Translations under genes and position numbers: made by a program
Origin: Amphiscolops sp. MND2022
Lineage: Eukaryota
Length of the DNA: 64,000 bases
Reading direction: 5' to 3'
NCBI GenBank assembly: GCA_964187785.1
Contig: OZ076412.1
Location: forward strand, 69,254,001 to 69,318,000
In this document: piece after piece, positions 11,101-21,959 of the stretch
How positions within the stretch are numbered: position 1 is the first letter of the stretch
Layout: each line of letters begins with the position of its first letter
Notes under the pieces: generated by a model
What the model saw: the letters and a program-made list of their open reading frames with translations, nothing else
What the model was told of the DNA's origin: nothing
Database searches by the model: none

Positions 11101-14100
11101 TAAAAGTTTCAAGAAATGTTCCTGAATTGAATCATTGCGAATCGACGGTTTCACAGCATAATTTCCTGAAAAAAAATAATTGAAACAGTGTCTTTTTTAA
11201 ACAATATACTATAATTCTGAAGCAGTCTCTCTCTCTGGCCAGGTATGGTATATGAGAGTATTTTCGGATTCTGATAGATTCAATGAAATTTACATACTTG
11301 TGCAACCGAGGCAAAAAATTTTTCTTTCTGTCAGATGCATATATCGATGAATTTCTCAGTTGAACCATTTGGCATTTTTGATGACTTTACTGTTACAGGG
11401 AACGCCTTCAGTTGTGAAGATTCTGAGATTTCCCGACCTGGACCAGTACTCGGCACTTTCTTCGAAGAGCTTCTTCAAAGCTGATAAAGCGACCCTGCAT
11501 TGGAACAATCCAGGTATTGTGGTTATCCCTGAATAGAAATCGATTAGTCGAGAACGAAAGCACCATTATTGGTGTGGCGACATATGTGAACATTAGAAGT
11601 CTTCAAACATGACATTCCCAATCGATACTGAAAATACATAAAGTGGAATTTATCTGAAAATTATCAAACACCCTTCAATTTTTAACCCTTGAGCATCACT
11701 GAATTTTGGCTGGAATATTGATAGGAACTCGAGTAATCCTAGTTTAGTTTCACATAGTTGGCATCGAAACAGTATCTTTCGTGATTAATTCGATTATCTG
11801 ATTGCAACAAATACGTAGTCAATCTAGCTAGTCTTTTCAATCCTGGTATTCTTTTAACATTGTGGTTCTTATGTGCTTATAAAATGCAATCCTTTCATTT
11901 TTTTCAATGTGTAATTTGTATTTAAGAAGCATGTGAATCATGTTTTCAGGAAATGGGTTGATAATCAAGTCCATGACTGAGGTGGATCAATCGGGACAGG
12001 CCTACTATGGAGAGACCATGCTCTTCTACATTTCGACAGAGGGCTCCTCGAGTATTGTGGAACTCAGTTAGTTTTTCTTTTGTTAATTATTCATCGTCTC
12101 GTCTCTTTCTAACGAGATTGGACGCATCAATAGCGTGCGCGTATTGGACAGCACCTCTCATGGTAACTTTATTTCATGTTTGGCAGTTCTTCATTTTACA
12201 CCATATTAGGGTCCTATGTGTGCAATGGCATCAAAATTTTATGACTGGGATCTGAGAAACAAAGCCAAAATTAGTTCAAAAATGACCAAAAAACGGCCTA
12301 TTTTGGACTTTTTCGGTTTTCTCAAATACTCTTCACTGTTTGAAAGAATTTTTATGGAGTCTTTCTACACCGTATAAGGGCTTGATATGTGCAATTCCAT
12401 AAAAATCGGATTGCTGGTTCGAGCGAGTCTGAAGGAAAAAGACCTAATTCGACTCCTTTACCACATTGCGCTCTGGTTTGTTGGAAGACCTTGTATGTGA
12501 ATTTCTTTCACCTGATCTTAAAAAAATCTGATTAGTAAAGATTGTTTAAAAGATGGATAGCTCGGTGCTTGCTCCCTTGTCATTGAAGTTGCTGTTTCAG
12601 ACAAGAAGGGTCCAATCTACAATATTTGCTGGGATCCAAACGTCAGCGAATTCTGTGTTACTTATGGACGTTAGTACTTTTATACCTTCGCATATTCAAT
12701 GAACAGTGCTTGGATTTTGAATGTTCGTTATACATACACCCTTGCAATTGTAACAAATTCTGGAAAAGTAAATTGAGAAGAAAAGTTTTCTGGAAAGTTT
12801 AACAATGCTGGTGTCTGAAAATAATCCTCTGCTGAAATAAATTCATGAATTTGCAACAACCGGACCGCTTGTGTATTATTTCATTTTTAGTCGGCGCTTT
12901 TCGAAGAAAAACGCAGACTATAGTAGTGACTTCTTTTTTTTAGTCGGCGCTTTTGAAGAAAAACGCAGACTATAGTAGTGACTTCTTCTTTTTTTTTAAG
13001 ACCAACGAACTGACATATTTTATAAAGAGTTATAAATAGCTGAGCTGACTTCACTGCACTAACAGTAACTGCAACGCTAGCTATCACTGCTGGCACTTGG
13101 CATAGAGGTTAATTAAGCTTCTTGAGGTCTGCCAAGCAGAAGCACGTGGGTTCGAGTCCCGTCCTTGATCAAATTTTTTTGTGCAGGTTTTTAGCGGCTT
13201 TGTGAGACTTTTTTCGCAAATTCCACCCTTCATTTTTTTTCTATTTTGCATAAGAATGGATGTTCAAAACCTTCCAAAGGGCCCCTTTTACAATTTTTCG
13301 GCACTATGCGACTTACCGGAGACCAAAAAATTTCGAAAAAAAATTCGGATTTTTTAAAATTTTTCCTCACGCGGGTACTGTAGAAGAGAATACTTGACAC
13401 TTTGAAGTCCTTTTGCTATTTTTGGGCCTTAGATATGGCGCCGACTTGGGCCGTTCCGGGCTTGTTTAGTTCTATTTCTTCTTTCTTTTATTATTATTTC
13501 TGCGATAGCAGGAATATTATTGAAACCTCAAGATATTGATTCAGATATTTTGTTCGGCAGTGACTATAAGCGTGAGAATTAAATTTCTCAAGCTGCCAAC
13601 GACAATTCAATTCTCTTGCGATGAAAAGAGCGAGTGGTAATTATGCATTCGTACGTTGACGTCATTGGGATGAAGCGAGCGATTGTTTTTAATTATGCTT
13701 TCGTACACCAGGTAATTGAGATCAAGCGAATGAGTGTTGATTATTCGTTCGCCGACTCGGAGAGCTTCGCCTGCATTCAAATGCGAATGCGAAACTTCGT
13801 CTACGCCCAGTAGTTATAATTTCTTAAGTCCGAGATTTAAAGGCTGTATAAACTGGTACAGTGCTTAATTGTGCGCTAAATAATGTTTTAAGAGGAGTGT
13901 ATTAGTATTCCAGGTATGATTCTATTATTAATGAAAGATTAAAGCAGAAATAATAGTGTGCCACGGAGGGGCCTGTTTTTTTTAAAAAAAAACGTAAGGC
14001 CCATACATTTCATTTGATTAGAAGCGGTATTGTTGTGCAGAGTTAAATTAACTGTGGGATCGAAAAGTTCGCAAAATTATCTAGGGTCGAATTGGGACTT

Positions 14101-17100
14101 GATTTTGTCTAGGATCGAAAGAGGTGAAAATTCCATTGCGGCAACCCAAAATTTAGCGCAAAATAAAAAATGTGACTTATATTCAAGTTTTGTTTTTTTT
14201 GCAGACATGCCTTCAAAAGCGTCCTTGTTCAACTCGAAATGTTCTTCTGTGTATGACTTCGGGACTGGGCTGCGAACCGCATGTAGCTTTTCGCCTCAGG
14301 GCCACTTGCTGGCGCTCTACGGCCACGGAGGAGTGAGAAGTAACGTAGAAATCTGGTATCGACCCACGTTCAGTTTGATTGCGAAGATCGTCGATTTCCA
14401 AGTTAGTAGTCCTTTTCAACCCATAGTGGCAAATATCAAACGAAATCATGGGAAAAATTCAAGAGCGTAAGACCCTTGGAGAAAAATACGCTGTTGCTTT
14501 TTCTGCAAACATCTTCAGGGTTGTTTGATCATCAAATGTTGATGCACTCACTAATCAGTTGTTCTATCATGAAAATCATATTTCATGAAAACTAATATCA
14601 CTGGCTAATGAATGCTGTGTCGCCCGCTCAATACTTTTGGTCGAGAGGTAAATTTGAAAAATCTGTGTTTCGAGCTTTTGGCCTTGTTAAACTCGTGCTA
14701 TATCAAAATTTTTTCATAGAAAAACTTTTTCGATCACCACTTTTTCGTTGATATGACAACAATTTTCCTTGGAAAATTGCGGAATTATGCACCGTTTTAA
14801 CTTCCAGTTTCACTTTGATATCTTCGTAAAGTGTCTTATTGTAGAGCCTAATTTATCTGATATTCTGAGTGGCTTTGTTAGATTTAGTGTTGTCGACTGA
14901 ACATGAAATTTTTGGAAAATCTGTACAACTATGTCTAATTTTGACAACCAAAAATGCCAATGCTAACCTCAGCACTTGTATCATTCTTTTGAAACGTTTT
15001 AATTTGTAAGCTAAATACAAATCTCAAACGTTTAGTATTCATTTTTAAAAATACTTTTCGCGACAATCAGTTTGTCTGATTGTGCTTTTCAAACATCACT
15101 GCTGTAATTAGTTTGCAACAAGGTTGTCATGTTTTAAAACATGTTTTAAAACACATACCAATAAAACATGTTTTAAAACACCCATAAAAAACATTGTTTA
15201 AAACAATTTACGTGCAATCATCTTTTTCAGGTTGAAATGGGTCGAAAAGAAGACCAAATTTGGCTTTTTCAAAAAAATTGAATGTTATTCAATAGAAACC
15301 GTTGACACAACAGGGGACCCACAAGCTTCGAAGCAATTTGGACGCCCAAAAAGCCGGCAAAATGGCTTTCCTCTACCGGCAATTGAACTCAGCTTGAATG
15401 AATTGTTTCATTTGTGATGCTTATGTTCTATGTGTCGCTGAAAAATAAAACAAGACGGGAACGTCTCAAGTCGGCGCTATATCTAAGGCTCAAAAAGCGC
15501 AAAACATTTTTTTTTGGAAAAAAACTTGAAATTTTCGAAAAAAAAAATTCTTTCGGAAAATGTCGCACAGTGCCGAAAAATGTAAAAGGGGGGACCCTTT
15601 TTGATTTATAAACACGCATTCTGTAGCAAAAAAAACTCAAAGGGGGGACCCTTTGGGGACATTAAAAAAATTTCGAAAAAAAGTCTCACAGCGCCGAAAA
15701 AAAATCGAAAGGGGGGATTTACGAAACTTTAGTCCCGTCCGGGCTTGTATGTAACGTTTAAAAAGTAAATGAATGCGCTCCCCGTTTGCCTTTAGCGGTC
15801 CAGTAGTTTAGTACTTATTTAGTAGTTGAACGTTAATTTTAACGTTCGTCGCTTCGAGTCTGTCTTAAATGAAAAAAAAACGAGTGACTGTAATAGTCGG
15901 GCTCTTTTCTTAAGAAAAGCGCCGACTAAAAACATAAAATACAAAAAAACTTTTTCGATAAAAAACATGTATAATTGTTTTTTTTAGATAAAAAACGTTT
16001 TTTTGACAACCCTGGTTTGCAATTTGAAGTGTTGAAGTTGTGCTGATCTGTAGGATATCACATGCTTCGAATGGTCTCCTTGTGGCGAGAGACTTCTTCT
16101 GGGAACTCACTCGCCAACTCTGAAGGTATCCAATAAGTGGGCTGTCTATACATACGATGGCAAACTCATCAAGGCCGACTTGGGAAAAGAGGGCATGTCA
16201 GCTGGCTCCAGAGGTGGAAGCAACTTCGCGTTCTGGCAAATTAGGTGGCAGAAGAGACCTGTGGCTGACTTCCCACCAAAGAAGCTCCAGTTCACGGCCC
16301 TCACTCTGCAAGATCTCAAAGTTCAAGAAGGTTCATATCCACGCTCATAATTTTCTTGATTCGTTCGTCATTTTTTGAAGGTTTTTTAGGAAAATATTCC
16401 ACAAAATCTCGTGTTTTTTTTGGAAAAAAATTGCACGACTTTTACAGTGGCTTGTTTTTTCTTCAGTTCACCCTGAAGCGTCCACTTTTTTAAAATTCAG
16501 GAACTCAACCTCACCGAAATCTAACCATCACCGGTATTTTTATTTTATATACACTACTGAATACTTCTATTTGTTTTTCGTTTGACAGAAGGGAACCTTT
16601 ATGGTATTTTTGATAATTTTATAACCGAAAGAAGCTTTTTTAAGGCTGAAAGATTTCACCTTTGCATATTGTGCAGCACTGAGCAATTCTCTCAGTTACT
16701 GTTCCTGAGCATCTCTATGTTGCTTTCCCCTTCGTGATCTTTTTGCGGGGCGTCGACTTTGTTGATAGGTGCTTTTCTCGAGAAAAAGTAACGGATTCAT
16801 TGTGGCATGTTCCTTTTGTCCAGTCTCACTCGAATGCTCCATTGTTAAGAATACAGAACGTGTCCAAGGAGGCCCAGTTAATTTGTTTTTTTTTTCAAAT
16901 TATCTGTTTCTCACTTCCTGACGAACAACCCACTCTGCAAAGAATATGCATCCTTTAAATATAAATATCGAACGTATGCTACTCTACTGTAAAGAAAAGA
17001 TGAAACTGAACTGATTTCGATAAGCAGTGGGGATTTCGATTTTCATCTGGGGTGATGGAAACTCACTGCCCACTTTGCTGTAAAAAAGGTTATGGCTATT

Positions 17101-19914
17101 GAGCTCCACCTTTTATTAGTTTGCGCTGAATTGCAGGAGCAACGAGTAACAAGTGCTATCAACGAACACCGAGAATCTTGGAGTGTGACCAACTACAGTA
17201 GCGTTCTAAAATCCCAACTCTATTGCTTAAAGTGATACAGTTCAAATCCAAATATCTAAGAAAGTGTCACGAATACGTAAGTTATTCAGTATTTTTTGTA
17301 GTTCCCAAAAACGTTTGAAATTTCTGCAGCAAAAATTGGAAAACGAAATTTTAATCAAAATTGTGCTTTCTCAGTTTTCCAGAAGTTGAAAATTATTTTT
17401 GAAATATTTTAGAAGGCTACTGCAGTGAATCTGATAAGGACCTCTAATTTACCCCACATTTCTATTTTCTGTAAACTAGTATCTGACAATAAAATTAATT
17501 TGTAGTTTAATTTGTATGCCCGACTGGATAGCAAAAATGAGTCCAATAATCATTGATTCATTCAGTCGTGCTTTGTGTTGCAGCTACGGAAAAGAAGTAC
17601 GTGCCTCCACATTTGAGGAAAAAAGAGCAGCAGAATGAGAGGCAGAGCATAGTGGTGAGTTTTTTCTGTTCTACTGTCACTTTTTTGTTTTCGAAGCTTC
17701 AAGTCGTCCAAATGTTGGCGAGAATATCGTTTCAATTGCTTCATAAGTACTTATATTTCTTATTGATAGAAACCAAGCTTTGGTTATATTTTCGGTTTAG
17801 TATCATTTCACCCCACGTTCATTTCACCCCATATCATTTCACCCCATGTCATTTCACCCCACATTCATTTCACCCCAGGTTCATTTCACCCCAAATTCAT
17901 TTCAGCCCACATTCATTTCACCCCACGTTCATTTCACCCCACATTTAAATTATCAAATGCGTCTCAGATTAATTACTAAAGCCACCCAATTTCAATCTTG
18001 GCGCTAATTGAAAAGCGTCTTGAATCTAATTATCAATTAGATAAGCAAACGATGCTTTCTATGTGAACCACAAATTCGAAACTGAATAGTTTCATTTATT
18101 GGAATTGTAATACTTCTGAAAAAGGCGCTGAAAAAAAACATTTTTCTTCTGTCAATCAAAATTTACAATTATGGATGTTGCGAATCTCCAGCGAAAAATT
18201 TCTTATTCGGTGTTTCTACGGCAAAAAATCCTACAGGTCAAAAACTGACAATCAAATCAAAGCTGACTCAAAGACAGTAGGCATGAAAGTTTAATTGCTA
18301 ATTGGTTAATTAAGGCGAGACGCTTTTGTGTAATTACAATATGGTGTGAAGTGAAAATGAGGTGAAATGAACGTGGGGTGAAATGATTGTGGGGTGAAAT
18401 GAATGTGGGGTAAAATGAATGTGGGGTGAAATGAACGTGGGGTGGAATGAATGTGGGGTGAAATGATATGGGGTGAAATGAACGCACACCATATTTTCAA
18501 TGAAGAAATTCGTGGTTTTTTCTGCTTTCAGTTGGATCTTAACGATCTGCCAGACAACGAGAGGGCAGCTGCTTTGAATGGGAACAAATCTCCCGGGGGC
18601 ACTAGGATGCCTGAAGTCACCCAATCTGTAAGTTGAATGACACCGCACTCCTCTTAGAATGTTCAATGGGCTTCCTTGGGTCCACCTTTTCATGTGGTAT
18701 TTTTAATGTACCAAATTTACTATCATGAGTAGTTAGAGTTTCAATTCGTTATTGATAGTTACCAAGCCATTCGGGAAAGTTTGCTGCCGCAGTTTTCGAA
18801 AAAAACTTTGCTTAGTCGGTAACTTCGCGTTTTCGCATTTGTGTAAAAGTATTTTGGTAACATTTCAGAAAAAGCCAGGCAAAGTTTGTACCATCTGTTG
18901 ATCTTTCTCTCTTCGATTATATGCTGTTAATCAACTCAATGAATTGGCTTATGAGAATCACGATGGCTTTTGTTGAAGGGACATAGCATCACTTACAAAT
19001 CTGGGGTCGATCCCGGTGGGCCTCCTCAGTACAGTGGTGGGAGTTCCGTCGTCGGTTTAGTCCCTGGTTCTAACGAGAAGTCGAAGAAGAACCGAATCAA
19101 AACCCTGGAAAAGGTTCGTCTATTTCTCAATCAAACCGGCAAATCAGTCAAGTTGAAACATTTTCAAAGATCTAAAGCAAACGAACAGGACTCAATCATT
19201 TCCTCTGTCATGTCACGTGTTTTAAATGGAAGATGAGAACGACACTTATGTTTTTGTCTCCGTTCAGACCAGAGACCTTCAGTGAACGATCATTCGCCAT
19301 TTTCGGCAACAATCGACTTTAGCTCAGCTGATACTAACGTTTGTCCTTTGTATCTGTAGTGACTGATCGATTTTTGACGCAACTTAAGTTTTAGAACGGA
19401 CAGCAATAATTCAAATACCTTTTTAACGCAACTTAAGTTCTAGAACGGACAGCAATAATTCAAATACCTTTTTAGAGGTTGAAAGAAATCAACCAACTCA
19501 AAGACAAACAGAAGTCCGGTCAGAAACTTGAGAAGGAAGCTGTAAGTACTTGAATGCTCGTAAAGTTTCATAATTTTCGAAATGCCATTTGGGTTTGGTC
19601 CATTTTTGTATAGGGCAAAGGCGTTCTTTCTTGGTTTTTGATGCGACATTTCTAACTTGTAAGCACTAAGTATGACATGGGTTACAAGGAATAAAACGTT
19701 TCCTGTCTTTGTTATTCTAGAGTGTGGTGCGAAAAACCAATGTGTTCAAAAGCTTTTTTTCTTGCAAATTTATAATTCTCAATAAATACCACCCCCGAAT
19801 CTCAAATGTAGTCCTCAATAGCGTACACAAAAATTAAAGCTTTGTCAATTTCAGCTGAACAAGATAAATCGTGAACAGGAAGTTCGAGCAGAACTGAATC
19901 AGCTGAAAGGTTGA
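5112..19914 (+). CDS. EIF2A: Eukaryotic translation initiation factor 2A (WD40 beta-propeller), 15 coding exons
   Basis: Exons 5112-5239, 10012-10092, 10161-10282, 10353-10523, 10597-10697, 11399-11513, 11950-12066, 12601-12669, 14205-14401, 16054-16330, 17584-17654, 18532-18627, 18979-19113, 19476-19541, 19855-19914. All are GT-AG and phase-compatible. Motifs LCVRGNEG, EFSPKNT, SKSFFKADK, YYGE, KGPIY, MPSKASLFN...DFGTG, YVPPHLR and RLKEINQLKDKQKSGQKLEK match eIF2A as I know it. Confidence 0.95.
8974..9633 (-). mobile_element. HINE/DINE-1-like non-autonomous Helentron, family 1
   Basis: aaacaagacgggaacgtct (reverse complement of the 3' hairpin end) at 8974; degenerate gtgccgactaaaaaa subterminal repeat at ~9619-9633. 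Confidence 0.7.
12150..12479 (+). mobile_element. Degenerate HINE family 3 fragment
   Basis: Similar to the internal unit of 33473-34340; ends ...gactcctttaccacattgcgctctggttt. Confidence 0.6.
12884..13467 (+). mobile_element. HINE family 1, complete copy with a duplicated 5' end and a tRNA-like cassette
   Basis: TTTTT-AGTCGGCGC 5' subTIR (duplicated at 12942), GCGCCGACT 3' subTIR, then hairpin and CTTGTTT end. A-box at 13098, B-box GGTTCGAGTCC at 13149. Confidence 0.8.
13486..13980 (+). mobile_element. HINE family 2 (second copy at 30870-31393)
   Basis: subTIRs TATTATTTCTGC (13492) and GCAGAAATAATA (13944), 3' hairpin GCC(A/C)C-GGA-GGGGC, T-rich ends. ~500-bp similarity to 30870-31393. Confidence 0.75.
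15119..16014. mobile_element. hAT-type MITE containing a nested HINE family 1 copy
   Basis: TIRs caaggttgtca / tgacaaccctg with a perfect 8-bp TSD GTTTGCAA (15111-15118, 16015-16022) and TGTTTTAAAACA subterminal repeats. Confidence 0.85.
15448..15932 (-). mobile_element. HINE family 1 (AGACG-hairpin subfamily)
   Basis: Runs from aaacaagacgggaacgtctcaagtcggcgct to aagcgccgactaaaaa. Confidence 0.85.
17196..17422. mobile_element. Tc1/mariner-type MITE, short degenerate copy
   Basis: TA followed by cagtagcgttctaaaat, the same TIR as 49978. The right end ttagaaggctactg is degenerate. Confidence 0.55.
17805..18485. repeat. Foldback-like element: two inverted arrays of a ~16-bp unit (CATTTCACCCCACRTT) around a ~400-bp AT-rich spacer
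   Basis: About 9 units at 17805-17945 and about 9 reverse-complement units at 18345-18485, in eIF2A intron 11. Confidence 0.85.
19377..19474. repeat. 49-bp tandem duplication just upstream of an eIF2A splice acceptor
   Basis: acgcaacttaagtt(t/c)tagaacggacagcaataattcaaatacctttt occurs twice. Confidence 0.85.
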
Positions 19915-20525
19915 TGTTTCATATGCCTCATTTGTGAACAAAGCAGCAGCAGCGCCATCATTTCCAACAAACCTTTTTTGGGCGTTTCCCGAAGGAAAAC
20001 CAACCAACCATACGCAGTTATGCAATTATTACATTTTGGCAATCAACTTCCGTTGTGACCCGACTCATCGCTTTCGTGGCGGCATTTCATTACCGCTCAT
20101 CTTCCTCAGCGGGTCCTTGACATGATTGGTATGAATCAATCTAGAATGTGTTATGGAGCTGATGCGCTCGCTACTTTGAAGTATATGATGATTCATGTCG
20201 AATATTATTTGTTGAATTTGTGACGTCATTGGGGAGAGGGAGACGTGAAGATACACAGCAGACATGCCGACAAATATCGAAGAAAATAAATCTTGTCTTG
20301 ATTGTTTTTCTGTTTTATTCTCCCAATCATGCCTCCAGTAATAATTTAATCTGTTTACCAGATTTTTTTCAACTATTTTTTGCTATATTTAGTTCAGAAG
20401 TTTAGGTATATGCCATGTCAACACTCCTAACTCCTTCCGGTTTTCCAAGTTTTTGTTTACCTTGTCCTTGTCGACAAGTTTTCATCTTATCTGATGTAAT
20501 TTTCATCGATCAGGTTGCCCATGGA

Positions 20526-21023
20526 ACAAGTCGGGAGCGGCATCAGTCGGCGCCATACCTAAGGCTCAACGAGACGGGAACGTCTAAAGTCGGCGCTATG
20601 TCTCATGCTCAAAAAGCGCAGTTATTAAAATATGCTGAGAACGTTTTCATGAAAAACTCTGTTTTGGAACCGTAGCCTCGTCCTTAGTAAAACGCAATAT
20701 GGTTCGGATATAACGTCTAAAATTCAGAATAGCGCTTTACTCCGGATCATACGATGTGGAACTTCAATAAAATCGAAGGTGCGCCCTTTGGAGACAAAAA
20801 AGTCGCACGGTGCGAAAAACATTGACAGGGGACCCTTTAGTTTCGTCCGGCTTTGGTAAATGCACGAAAAAGTTTCTGGCTGAAGCAGGGACTCAAACCC
20901 GCGATAACTGTGTTCACCCTAACTCAAATAAAGTCTACTAAAAGTACATACAGGTTGAGCTCTGGTCGGACGAAAAAAACTAGCCACTGTAAAAGTCGCG
21001 CACTTGAGAAAAGTGCTAACTAA
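20526..21023 (-). mobile_element. HINE family 1, degenerate, with two stacked 3' ends from different subfamilies
   Basis: gaacaagtcgggagcggcatcagtcggcgcc (20526) is directly followed by aacgagacgggaacgtctaaagtcggcgct (20568). The far end is gaaaagtgctaactaaa. Confidence 0.7.
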
Positions 21024-21959
21024 ACAAACGAAAAATGAGAATTTTGAAGAATCTCAATGCCCAAAAAATTGTCCAATTTGTTGGTCCCCTCAAAATTTCC
21101 TAAAACTTTGTTGAACTATTTTGGTCAGTTCGTGTGGATTGAAAAAGTCACTATTATCATTTCTTATACATAGAGGAGAACTATGTTGTATTCAGTCAAT
21201 TCTGAAGCTTTTCGAGTGTTAATCACTGAAATGTTGATTTTTTATACATAAACACCGTTTTATTTTTTCTGCAATTTTGACTAGGGCATTGCAGCGTTTT
21301 AATCTTACGTTGATTCAAAGACGACTCAAAATTTCAAAAAACGGAGCTTCTGTAAGCTGTTTTGAGCTTTCCGGACTTTTGGTTTCCAGGCCTGGCCAGG
21401 GATGGTCCATCCCTGCCCAGGGATAAAAGTGGCGATTGCCATCCCTGGTCCATCCATGGACCAGGCCTGGCCAGGGATGGAACTGCCATGGACCATCCAT
21501 GGCCATGGAGTCTCAGTACGGGTACCCATGATTCGATTGGGAAGAAAGCAACATGAGTTCAATAAAATGAATAGATTAAACCAAAGCTCAAGTCAGGACG
21601 AAAGGGGCCAACACGCGCGTCGAGTCCCCACCCAAGGGAACCAATCCTGGATAAATAAACAGTCAACTAATTGATTCTGACTTTTACTTTATACGTATGA
21701 CGTAGATGTGTCGTTATTTTTACGTGAGATTAAAAGGGGCAACGCTACGGTAACAATGATATTCTCTTCACATTGTCGTCTTAAGGTCCAGTCTTAGCAT
21801 TCTCATTCACTTCCTATTACTCCATTTTACTATATCACTACTCAGTTATTTTTTTCAGACGGTGTTTATGTACTCTTGCTTGTCTAGAGATGAGTGATTG
21901 CTAAATGATTGATCAATCTGTTGACTATTGACTGTCCTCCCTTCTATTAACTGGTAACC

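Noticed and set aside
17553-18693. ORFs with HFTP/ISPH repeats
   Set aside because: They are translations of the 16-bp minisatellite; only 17584-17654 and 18532-18627 are supported eIF2A exons.
21315-21674. Overlapping Trp/Pro/Gly-rich ORFs on both strands
   Set aside because: By-product of GC-rich palindromes that lack stop codons.
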